DNA from: Geosiphon pyriformis uo1
Taxonomy: Eukaryota; Fungi; Glomeromycota
Direction: 5' to 3'
Assembly (NCBI GenBank): GCA_016748015.1
Contig: JAAOMT010000503.1
Location: forward strand, 856,305-920,304
Length of the DNA stretch: 64,000 nucleotides
This document shows positions 35,760 through 47,900 of this stretch, piece after piece. The stretch's first letter is position 1. The number at the start of each line of letters is the position of its first letter. The notes below the pieces were generated by a model. The model ran no database searches, was not told the origin of the DNA, and was given only the letters and a program-made list of their open reading frames with translations. The position numbers and the translations under genes are program-made.

Positions 35760-37375
35760 ATATTATAAATTTCAACCAAAACTAAAATACAAAATAGTAA
35801 CAACAAGATAACTGGTTATATATAAAACATATACATGTTAAATATAATTAAATAATAATTAGATTATATTTAACAACATAAAAAAATATAATTAATATAA
35901 TTAATTAATTAAATATAAAAAATATATATATAATATTTATTTAATTTTTAATTTTTACAATATGTATATAATAAATAAATTTTAATAAAACATAAAAAAT
36001 AATTATAATAATATTATTAATATGTATATATTTTTTATTTAACAAGTACAGTTTAATTAAACAAAAATTTAAATAAGAAATCTAAAATGTAAAATCTTTA
36101 TTATTATTAACTATTATAATGTATAAACTTTTTTTTGCAATTTTAAAATTACAATTAAAAAAAACTTTTTTTTTGGTTTTTAATAATATAATTATTTTAA
36201 AAAAATAATTAGATAATATTTTGTAAAAATGCTTTTTAAATAATATAAAACTTTGTTTTTTGGTTAAGAATACTTTTTATAAAAAAAAAAATTTGGTTTT
36301 TTTGGTGTTTTTTAATTTTGTTATATTAATATTAATTATAATATTTAAATTTAATTTAACTATAAATAATAATTTTTTTATTTTAAATAATAATAATAAT
36401 AACTAAACATATTAATTAATATATTTAATTGATCTAATTTAAAAATTATTAACTTTAAACAAAACTAAACCAAATTAAAATTTTAGAATTTACTTTATAA
36501 AACTAATTTAAAATTAAATTATAATAAAAATAAAAATAAAATTTTTGTAAAAATAATCTAAAATATAATATAATATATAATTAATTAATTTAATACTTTA
36601 ATATTATAATAATTAAAACAATTTTAATACAAATATAACCAAAAAAATTTTTTGCAATAAAAAATAAAATTAAATAAAATTAATTTAATATTATTTATAA
36701 TAATAATTTTGTTTATTGTTTAATTTTTATTTGATTATATTTATTATTATTATTTATTATTATTAAGTTAATATTACCAAAAAATAAATAATATTATAAT
36801 TTTAATAATTATTATTTTAATATTTTTTTATTAAATATCTATTTATTAAAAATATAAAAAATTTTAAAAGACTTTTTTTAGTTTATTTTTATAATTACAA
36901 TTAAAACAAAGAGTAATAAAATTTTAAATATTATTTTTTTTATAATAACTAATAAAGTTTTAACCAAAAAAAATTTTTGGTTATAAAAACATTTAAACAA
37001 AATATCTTAAAAAATTTTTTTTTAAATATTAATAGTATTAATAATTTTTAAAATTTTTTTTTTATTTTTGGTTAATAATTCTTTTTTAATTAAGGTTTTT
37101 TTCAAAAACATATTAGAATTAATTTTAGTATTGTTTTTATCTTTTTTAAAAATATTAAAATCTTTAATAATAAATTAATTAACAATCCAATTTTTTCTGT
37201 TTTTATTACTATTATTATTACTAATATTTTATAAATAACCAAAAAGACCAAAAACTTTAAAAAACTATAATAGTTACTTGTATTAACTATTATTATACCA
37301 AATTTTTTGTGGTTTTAAATAAAATTTTGAATAAAATTTTTATAATAGTAATTAGTATTTTTTTTAATATAAATA
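35760..37375. other. Extremely AT-rich tract, probably terminally decayed transposon relic (similar tract at 28010-28630)
   Basis: Very few G/C and no ORFs; composition resembles the most decayed part of LINE G; family not identifiable by eye. Confidence 0.5.
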
Positions 37376-38999
37376 ATTTTTTTTTATTAAACATTTAATA
37401 AATGTAGCCCAACCACTACCTAAACTATAGCAATATACAAAATCCTATATTAAGCATGGTTCATGCACTTCCTATATGTAACTAGTCACCCAAACCAATT
37501 AAGACAACATTAAATACCTAAATCACTAATTACTGAGAAGTTACCTAAAAAACTAAAATATGTATTGAATAAACGAAGATATAAACCATAACATACGTAA
37601 ATACCTAGTCTAATACCAAAATCAAAGATCACATTGGGAGACCACAAGAAAGCCAGACCAGATACCACTGGTATTATGAACCCATCATGTGACAAAAAAT
37701 CACACTTCTCATAAAGCACTCTCAACTTGGTAGTTAGCAGCCACATAGTAGATTTATGACCCTCAGTAAAGCTTTGGACTAAACCAATGACTAAAGACTT
37801 ACTGTTAGAGCTACCATCTAGCAGATAAACTGTATTATCCACTCAATCCTTTAAAACAAAGCTCTTGGCTAAGGACATATACAGTAAATTCTCTCTAGTG
37901 TCCTTCTGATTATAGTTATTATCTTCTTATAATCACATTTTTTTAAAAACCAAAACTATTTATATATAATATTATCTCCTTATAGTCACTTTTACTATAT
38001 ATATCTCCTTATAATTCTTATCTCCACAAATATGATAGCAGAATATAAGTAATTTTTACTCTCTATAGTCATATTATAATTATATGATATTAGATATAAA
38101 CATCAGATGTCATTTCATATTTAATCAGACATGTACAGTCAGGAAAATTTCCCGATTTGTCAATGGAAATCATTTTTTTTATGGTAGTAAAAAAAATTAG
38201 AGAAGTTTCTGGAAACAATTGTAGAACATTAAACAAAATTTCTGAAATATTACAACATTCAATTACTCTTCTTCTTTATAAGCCGCCATTACCATCAGAA
38301 GACAATAGTAGAACTATTATATCTGGCTTGTTGTTTGTGGGTATTATGAGAGTTTTAATAATAGTTAATATATGGTACAGTACTGCTGTTCTTGGTACTT
38401 TGGAGACTGGTGATACTTTAGAGACTGGTAGTGCTTTAAAGGCTGTTGCTGCAGGTAGCAATGAAGTTACTCTGGATCAAACTTTAACTAATGAGATTAT
38501 TTTTTCTCCATATTGGAAGAAGAAATTAACAGACCTACAAATGAAAATAATAGTTCAATGGGATCCTCTAAGAACAAATTTGTTAATGGAACATTGCTCG
38601 AGCAAATCAACTGGAAACAGAGTTCGAATTTATCTTTTCTTAGGAAGAGAAATGTAATCAGTAATAAAACTCAGAGCATAAGAATTCCGATATATACCCA
38701 ATAAATACATTTTCACACCAACTTTGACATTTGTGATTAAAAAAAGACTCCATACTAGCAATCATATTCATTATTTGACTAATATTTAGTATTAGTGAGC
38801 AAAAGTTTGACTGATAGTTTTAAAGATATATTAAAAATCAACTTTTTTGGGACAAATAAATCCATGTTGAATGCTTTTCATAATCCAAACATAATCATGC
38901 AAAATAGAGATTTAGACTTAGACTCAACATATCATGTTTTAAAAATGCCAATTATAAATGGTAATATATCCAACCCAAAGTAAACAAAACTGTACACAA

Positions 39000-40075
39000 T
39001 ACAATATATTTCTAACTTCTTGAAAGATATTTATTAGGCTGTCACACAATTAACTTGATAAGCTTCGAAAACATGATCATTTAAAAAAGGTATTAAAAAG
39101 TTAATAATAGGTAATAGTTGTGATTTTATTAACAGATTTATATTTTTTGATGATCTGCTTCTTTACTTGTTACTGGAATTGGTTTCCAAGTATCTAACAA
39201 TGTTTTTTTAATTTGTTTTGCTTTAAGAAAGTTTATTCTTTTCATCTATGCAATTTCATTGAATTTTTTTATTTCTTTACTTAATATCTATTCATAGCTA
39301 ATATTATAAAAAACATAATTAGAGACATTTGGATTTACAAACTATGTCTTTCTTATCTGAACTTGAAATTGATTTGATTCAGCAATAAAGCTAAGACATG
39401 TATGAGACCTGTGTATTTCATTTTTAGAATATCTAATAACATTAAAAAGATTAGTATGCAATCTTTTAAATTTGATACAGTTATGCACTGCAATTTCCCA
39501 ATGCTGTTGTAAAGGTATAGAAGGAATTAACAATTTGAGCATTTTGTTAATTTCTTCAAATATTGCATCATGGTCTTGATGTTGATTTAAAAGTTTAGAT
39601 TGAGAAATTACAATTCTTTCTTGAATCAGCTTGCAAACTTCAGGCTTCAATCATAGCTATTGTTCTTCATTAGCAATTTCAATTAATTAGTAAATAAGAT
39701 AGCACCAAGCAGACCAAATTGGTGCAAACATTTGTCTAGCTGCAAGTTTTAATGAAAACCTATTAAAACAAATTCCAATATGAAAGTTAATAATTGTTTG
39801 TAAATAAAAAAAGACTTGTTCATACTTTAATCTAAACATGAGATCTGTTTTATTTTGGGCCCATTCTAAATAATCTTTAACAGATAGATTTTCTTTAGAA
39901 ACAACATATAGCCACATTAATTCAGAAGCCATTACATGTCTATATATATTACATATTAAATTCCATGACTTATGATGATCAGAACATTTTTTAAAAAACT
40001 GCAGTTGACTTTTACTCTGATATCCCTGACATTGTGCAAAGTATTTTATATCAATATTCCAATTAATATAGACAT
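39000..40075 (-). pseudogene. 5'-truncated fragment of an unrelated protein gene carried inside the pogo element (tentatively DUF6589-like, repeat-associated family)
   Basis: Continuous decayed frame NWNIDIKYFAQCQGY..CSDHHKSWNLICNIYRH..ARQMFAPIW..HQDHDAIFEEINKMLK..WKPIPVT (ORF track 39342-39650, 39687-39932). Family assignment is from memory only. Confidence 0.6.
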
Positions 40076-40948
40076 TGCTGTGTTTAAAGAGCTTGACAAC
40101 ATAACATTGTGCTATCTTCTATGCAATTATGCAAGTATGTAGAGGATTAAATTAACAGCTTTTATTATTAATTATCAGTTGGGGATAAGAGGCAAAAAGT
40201 GTCACAGATGTATTATCAAAATTAGGTTTCTTTTTACCAAGAATCTGTTATTTGCACTTAGAATTCTACAGTTGAATTAAAACCTTCATTTTTATAATTT
40301 GGCCATTTTTTATAATCTGAGGCACCTCATATGACATGAGACACTTCACATGTCCGATTAGATATAAGGCAAAATGACATTTGAGACATAACAAATACAT
40401 CAATACATTATAAAAGCAAAATGCAATAAAAAGTGTGTTCTTATTAACATGCCAAAAAATGCAAACCAAAAGCAAGCAGCAATCTTCTTAGAGACTAAAA
40501 AGGCTCTCTGCTAGTACAAACTAGAGCATTCTGACTACTTAGCAAATAGACTTATTGAAATATTTAATCTAAAGGTTGACCACTCCACTGTAACAAAGAT
40601 ACTCGTAAAATCAGTTCGATAGATTGAAAAAAATGTATCTGACAACTCTGGTCAATTGACAAAAAACAGGAAAGAAATGTTTTCAAAGATAAATGATGCA
40701 CTAGGAGAATGGATGCTTGGAGCACTAGCTACCAACTGTATTCTTACTGGAAAAATTTTACAAATGAAAGCTCTCAAGTTTGCTGAAAAGTTTCCAGAAA
40801 AAAATAACTTTAAAGCATCAAATAGTTGGTTAGAAAAGTTCAAAAAACATTATAATTTGCATCACATTAAGATGCATGGCAAAGCAAACAGTGCCCCTTT
40901 GAAAATTTTATCAAAGGAATGAGAGAAACTGTGTGAGATTATTAGTAA

Positions 40949-41800
40949 TATTACAGATAATTATTTGGGGTCTCAAAGCAAATAACAAATCTGTAACTTG
41001 GTGCTGGATTGGTATTTTGGTGTTAATATCTGAAGGTTTTGTTGATCTGAAGATTTGTTGTGGAGTTTTTTGTATAATGAACAGATATTTAATAGTTGTT
41101 TTCAGTAGCCTTCTGGAATCACAATTCCATCAAATTTCTTTTTCAGCATGATGGCCAGTAATTTTCCTGGTAAGCTATTCTTAAATCTATGAGTGTTATA
41201 CTCTTGTTTCACAGGTCTTTTACCAGTCCCTATGATGTTTGTATCTTAGTGCTTAATTCTTAATCAATTAGTCAACCAAAAAGAAATGCAAAAAAAAAAA
41301 ATAAAAGAAAATAAAGAAATGAATAAAAGCAATTACAAATTAGTATTCTGTCAATAACTATGATCAAGAGCTATTGTTCTAGTGTTGTTAAGTATCAATT
41401 ACTATCAACATAAAGTGTTGATAGTAGAGAGTGAATTTAAGATAGAGAATAATTATTTATTGATATTTGTAAATTGGAAGGTTGCTTAGATGAAATCTAA
41501 ACTGGGAGGTCTGTCTTTTTTACTTTTAATGCTACTGCTATATATACATAATTGAGATTCCTCAATTCCTCAATTCCTCAATTCTTTACCCCAAAAATTC
41601 TGGAATTTTTGGAATTTTGCAATTCCTTTTGAGAAAAATTCTGGAATTCTGGAATCCTACAATTCTTTGTATGAGAATCTTGAAATTCCTGGAATCTTGC
41701 AATTTCTTTTGAGAGGAATCTTGAAATTTCACATTTACTACAGCTACTTCTGATTGGCTAATTTATATGCTAATATACTTCCTATATTTTATGAGTAATA
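40949..41800 (-). repeat. 3' LTR of copy D
   Basis: Direct repeat of 51208-52061; adjacent to the PPT. Confidence 0.95.
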
Positions 41801-41813
41801 TTATTCCTTTCTT

Positions 41814-44800
41814 TTAATATTGAGTTCCATCAAGATCTCCCAAATTTCCTGACTCTAATTCTCTGTCATTGAGTATTTCATGAACTTTTTTTTCAAGAAT
41901 TACTTGGGTTATCTTGTTCTGTAATTTTTCAAATTGGATGTTGGTTATTTTTCTTATTTGGTTAACTGTGATGAAGTTTAATTCCAGATTAAGTAATACT
42001 TCTGGTCTGTCTTGAAATCTCATATGTAGCCTATAGATGGCTCTTGTTTGTGTAATCAAATTGTTCTTTCCTACAAATTGTTTCAGTTGTTGTAGTATTG
42101 TTGTGTCGAATAGTTATTTTGTTTTATTCATGTATAAGTTCTGAATATTCAAGTATTGTTCCAAGTAGAAATAACAAAAGTTTCTTGGAAATTCGTGTAT
42201 CCATCATTTCCAAGTTTCTTTGGTCAACTCTTGATATGTGGTGACATTTGTTGGTTTTTCTATTGCTATTTTTATTTTTGAAACCATTTTGTCGATGGTG
42301 TTTTCTGTTTTTTTTTGACTTTTGTATTTGGGTCTTCTTCTGGTATCTCAGTATCGAATAGTTTGTTGATTGATGGTAATTTCTATATTCTGTTGTTGAA
42401 TCAATTGGAAGAGTTGTTGTGCTAATGAGTGGATATTGTTAGTGATTTCCATTTTTCTGAAGTCTTTCATTACATCTACCATGTTTTTATATACTTTTTT
42501 TATTGTTTCATTTTATGTGTTTGGTCCAATAATTATGATTGGTTCCAGATCTTGTAGAATCTTATCTGGTTGGACTAATATTTGCTGTACTCCTAATTGT
42601 GGAATATTACTGGTAGATGGTGATACTATATGGTGATATGGTTTCAGTTGATCACCATGTGCTGCTTTGGCTAAGATTTTGTTGTCCCATCTTAATTTAT
42701 AAGCTCCATTTCTAAGAATTTCTTTTATGTGAAATGGTCTGTCCCATTTGGAGTCAAATTTTTCACTTCATTGTTTTTCTACTTTAGTATGATGTAAAAG
42801 TACTTTGTCTCCAATCCTAAATTCAACTGGTTTATCTGGTAGTTGGTTATTATGTCTTTCTTTTTGTTTTTTCTGTAATTTGTGTATGTTATTAGCTGCT
42901 CTTTGCTATTTGTTTTTTAGTGTTTTCATCAAGTCATATGTTTTTCTTAGCAATGTTGTTACTAGTAGAATTTTAGCTATTAATTAGCATGAAATTACCC
43001 TCATAATTCTTATTATTAATTAACATACATTATTATTATTTCAATTATCACTTATTATTTAATCAAATTATTAAATATTATTACTCAATCAATAATCTGA
43101 TTTGTACTATAGAAATTAAGATGATCAAATTACACAATATCCTGAACCATTTAATATAGTCAAAATTTGCCAAAATTAATGGAAAATCGCCGAAATAATC
43201 AATAATTTGTAGAAATAACTTGTAGTTTGCCGAAATGTATCTTTAGTTCACCCAAATTATAGAAAAAAAAAAGTGCAAGTTCAGAGACTAGTACTACAAC
43301 AAGTTATATAAAAAAAGAGCTTTTCTCTTCAAGAAAATGTACTCTCACCATATTCTTCTCATATCTTACCATAGTATTTTACTTTAGATATCTTAATTAG
43401 AACAAATTACTTTTTACAAAATCAAATAAAAAAATTAAATATTTGAAAACCAAATTCTTAAATTATTACACTTGAAATTCTCTCAACACAACTAACGTTT
43501 TGAAATTGATTAGCTACCAATTTCAATAATTTGTTAGTGACTTCAGGTCTGGATAGAAAACGTTTCCCTTGATAAAATCCTATTTTTTTACATTTTTTTT
43601 ATTTTTCTTTTATCTTCTTATCATAATCATTAGGGTAGTCCACAGACAAGATTCCTGTAAAAGAGTTGACTTTCACAGCAAAGTAATTACACATTTTTAG
43701 TGAGCTTCCAAATGAGCAATACCTGGGAAAGAGTTAACGTTTACTACAATGTAACTACACAAAGCAACTGGCACAGAATTAACCATTCTACTTATAAGCC
43801 CAGCAGTTCAAATTATAGGAGATAATTTGAAGATAAATTCAGTTATTGAAGGTTCAACTACTTCTAAAAAAACATGAATTTACAACAAACAGACATTAAC
43901 AACATTAAAGAAAAGAGACCAAAAACCTTCAGTAACAACATTTTCTGCAAATTGTCCTCAGTTATTGGTTCTGTTGAATAAGTATTAACTTCTATCTCTA
44001 CTGGTAATGTTGCTGTTCTATCATATACTAATTCAAATAGTGTTGCTTGTATAGTGTCTTGCTTCATTGTCTAATAAGCAAACAATACTGATGGTATAAA
44101 CAAATCCCATTCATCTTGGTTTTTTTGACTGATTTTGGTAATTGCTTTACACAATGTTTTGTTAAATTTTTCAACTAACCCATTTGTTTGTGGATGGTAT
44201 GGTGATGATAATAGTCTTTTTATCCCAAATCTTTGACTTAATTCTGCTAATGTTCTATTCACAAAGTGAGTTCCTTAATCAGATAATAATTTTTTTAGAC
44301 ATTCATGTCGACAAATCAAGTCTTGATGAATGAATTCAGCAACAGATTTTGCATCTGCTTTTTGAATGGCTTTTGCTTCTGGCCATTTTGTAAGATAATT
44401 CATGGCTACTGCAATATATCTGTTGCCTTTGCTAGTGATTGTTAATGGTCCAACTAAGTCAATTCCAATGCAATCAAATGGTTGTCCCACTTTGATTGGT
44501 TTCAATGGTTCACTGGGTTTTGTTCCTCCTCTTTTCTGACAAACATCACAATTTTGTACATATTGGATGATGTCTGAATACATTGATGGCCAATAATATC
44601 TTTTTTTGGTTTTTTTCATGGTTGCTTCTTTATGAAAATATCCTGCTGTTGGATCTGAATACATGTTGAATAATATTGTCTCCTTTTCTGGTTCTGTGAT
44701 TACTCTGGTTGGTTGATCTGAATTTCTTCTGTTCTTCTGGTAAAGTATATTTTGATGGTTAATAAAATATTTTAATTGTTGTTTTATGTTTCTTTGTTCT

Positions 44801-44874
44801 TATTGAAATAATTTCTCCTTGAACAATTGGGTATTTATATAATATTGAAGTTGTTAATATTTTTGTATATTCAT
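41814..44874 (-). pseudogene. Integrase ORF (ATG 44874) and third ORF of copy D, interrupted by the solo LTR
   Basis: ORF fragments 44275-44664, 44071-44262, 43864-44067 and 41814-42059. Confidence 0.88.
42957..43937 (+). repeat. Solo LTR of Gypsy family 2 inserted in the integrase of D
   Basis: TGTTACTAG...CAGTAACA; reverse-complement homolog of 55729-56761; flanks ATGT and ACAT are a decayed 4-bp TSD ACGT; the host frame rejoins. Confidence 0.93.
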
Positions 44875-44904
44875 CTTTTGTTATATTTTTGGTTTGAAAT
44901 GTTT

Positions 44905-47900
44905 TTAGATTTGTCTTATTTGTGACAAACCATTGGCATTTCCATTGTTTTTTCTCTTTTTGTAATGTACTGTATAATTGAATGGTGAAAGTTTTATTTT
45001 CCATTTGGCATAGTGGTCATTTCCAAATTCTTGTTTCTGAATTGAAGTCAATCCTTTGTGATCAGTGTACATCTCAAACTTTTGACTCAAGTATTCCTTC
45101 CACTTGATAACAGCCCAATAAATGGCTAAGTGTTCTAGTGCTGGAGTTCCATAGTTCTTTTCAGCTGGACTTGAACTTCTACTGGTATAAGCTACTGGGT
45201 ATTCTCATTCATTAGATCCTTTCTGAGATAATACTGCTCCCAATGTTTGACCAGATGTATCAGTTGTGATTATGAATGGCTTGCTATGATCTGAGTAGAT
45301 CAGTACTGAAGCTTGAATAAGCTTTCTTCTTAATGTATCAAAAGCTTCTTACTGAGTTTCTGTCTATTTATATTTGGTGTTTTTTGTTTGGAGCTGATGC
45401 AGTGGTTGAGCTATTTTGGAAAAGTTTTTGATAAAGTGGTGGTAGTATTCAGCAAATCCCAAGAATGCTCTTAATTCTGTGAGATTATTTGGTACTGGAA
45501 AGTTTTTGATGATTTCAATCTTGTCTGGATCCGTTTTGATTTCATTTTTGTTCACAACATGCTCCAAAAACTTGAGTTCAGTTTTTCCAAAGAAACATTT
45601 GGTTGCATTTAGCTTTAATCCAGCTCTTTTTAGTCTTTCAAACACTTGTTGAAGATAATGCAGATAATTATTGAATGTTTTTGAAAACATATTGGTGTCA
45701 TCCAAGTATACAACTACTGATTTCCATAGTAGCCTAATATAAACAATTTCTATAAGTCACTGGAAAGTAGTTGGGGCATTTATTAAGCCAAATGGTATTA
45801 CTTCAAATTCAAAGTTTCCTTCCCAAGTTGTAAAAACCGTTTTCTCTTTGTCTTCTGGTTTTATGACTACTTGCCAATAACCACTGTCTAAATCTAAAGT
45901 TGAGAACCATTTCTTCTCTCCAAAAGCATTGAACAGCTCTTGAATCTTTGGAGTTGAGTAGCTATTACCTTTGATTACTCTATTCAATTTCTGGTAATCT
46001 ACACAAAAGCAGATTTTCCCATTCTTTTTTCAGACTAGTACTATTGATGACAACCATGGACTCATTGATGGTTGAATTAACCCGTTGTCAAGTATCTGAT
46101 TAATTTCTTGACAAATAATCTCATAGCTGGCTGGTAGTACTCTGTATGCTCTTTGTTTAATTGGCATTGTATTTTCTGTTTTGATCTGGTGTTGGATGAT
46201 GTTGGTTCTACAAAATTTATTTTCACTGGCAAAGATATCATTAAAGTTGTTAAGCAATATCTTGAACTACATACATTGAAATGAGTCTAAGTTTCCTATG
46301 TTCATCTGTTTCAACTGTTCTGGTTGAAACAGATAACATTTTTCTTATCCATATATTGTTTGTGATGTAATATCTACATATCCACACAGTTGTGAAAAGT
46401 CTGGAATGGTATCTGGAAGTTGGTTTTCAATTTCTGTGGTCAAGTATCCAATAGTAGTTCCTGCCGGTATCTTAATGATATCTCCTGTGTTGTTGTAAAT
46501 GGGGATTTTGATATGATTGTGGCTTTTTGCTGGTATGTATAAGTTGACTAATCCAATTTCTCCTGATTCACAAAGTGTTGTTTCTGCCTCAAAAATTTGA
46601 ACCTGATCCCTTATTTTTTTCTCTATGACTACCATATACTAGTCATATAATGGAATAGAAATTAATTGACGAATAGAGATTATTTTTTCTTTGTCAACTA
46701 TTTCTTTCTCTGCCATATTGACTGGTATATCTATTCTACCTGTGGATCCAAATTCCTGTATCCCTCTAACTATGATTCCTAATTCTTCTCTGTTTTTCAC
46801 TGACACTAACTGAGCTATTTTCACCAAAGATAAGAATATTGCTTGTGCTATCTTTTTATTTGGATCTATAATATATGCCTTTTCTGAGTCATTTTGTAGC
46901 ATAGCAATAATATTTCCTACATATCCTGCATTAATTATTCTTTTTCTGATGTTGATTCTCTTTTTTGCTAAGCTATTCCTAGATGCTAACTAAACTATTG
47001 TTGTTGCTGGAATTTCCAATGTTATTTTTAGATCAATACAGGTGCATGAATATGGTTCCAATTTAATGAGATTTTTTCCCAGATATCTCAGATCAAACTC
47101 TGCATCAGTATTATATGTACGTTCTGGCATAATACCTTTATTATTATTATTGAACCATTTCAGTTCTTGTTCCTTGTTAAGATCAGAGAGTACAATATAT
47201 TGTTCGGAGTTTAAATCAGAGTTTAAATCACTATATTTTTCATTGCCACATTGAGCAAAGCTGGAACTGTTGTTTTCATTGTTATCATTATCAGAGTTTG
47301 AATTGGGATTGAAAGTTGATTCCAATTCTGATGTACAGCTGCTGATTGGTTCTTCTTCTTCTGGGATTGTGTAGATCATGCAAATTGGTGGATTGTAAAT
47401 GAGATCATACTCATTACAATATTAAAAGTCACATGAGATTAAACAGTGGTCACATAGCTGAGTGTTTATTTGGATCAAATGCTGCTCTTGTTTTTTTCTT
47501 GTTGGTGCCAAATTTTGGTAGTGTTTATAGAATTCTTCTGGGCCTGCTTCCAGATTCAAAAAAGCATCTGGGTTGGAAATCAGAACAATATTAGCTGGCT
47601 CCAGAGAGTTGTTCTTGATTTCTAATATTTTGTTGAACATAATGCCTTCTACTTTGACATTTGCCATATGTCAGATCTTGTTCTTGTTGTGTAGATACTC
47701 ATTCAAACAATTGATTGTTTGGTGCCAGACTGCAGTAATAGGTGTTCTACAACTCACCCAGTCACTGATAAGAATTGTGTATTAGCACGAAGCATCACAC
47801 ATTCCTCCTTGCCCAGGAATATCATTCCACATTTCTTTGCTGAACAACTGTTCACCACAAGTGAAACATGGTTTGTTGTCCCATTTTCCTTGACATTTTG

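Noticed and set aside
35760-37375. AT-rich tract as a centromere, replication origin or organellar insertion
   Set aside because: No organellar genes or satellite periodicity; the composition matches the end state of TE decay seen at 25.1-28.6 kb.
38157-38704. ORFs of 166, 61 and 63 aa inside the pogo cargo
   Set aside because: No recognisable motif, and overlapping open frames on both strands arise from a short repeat; the true coding frame cannot be determined.
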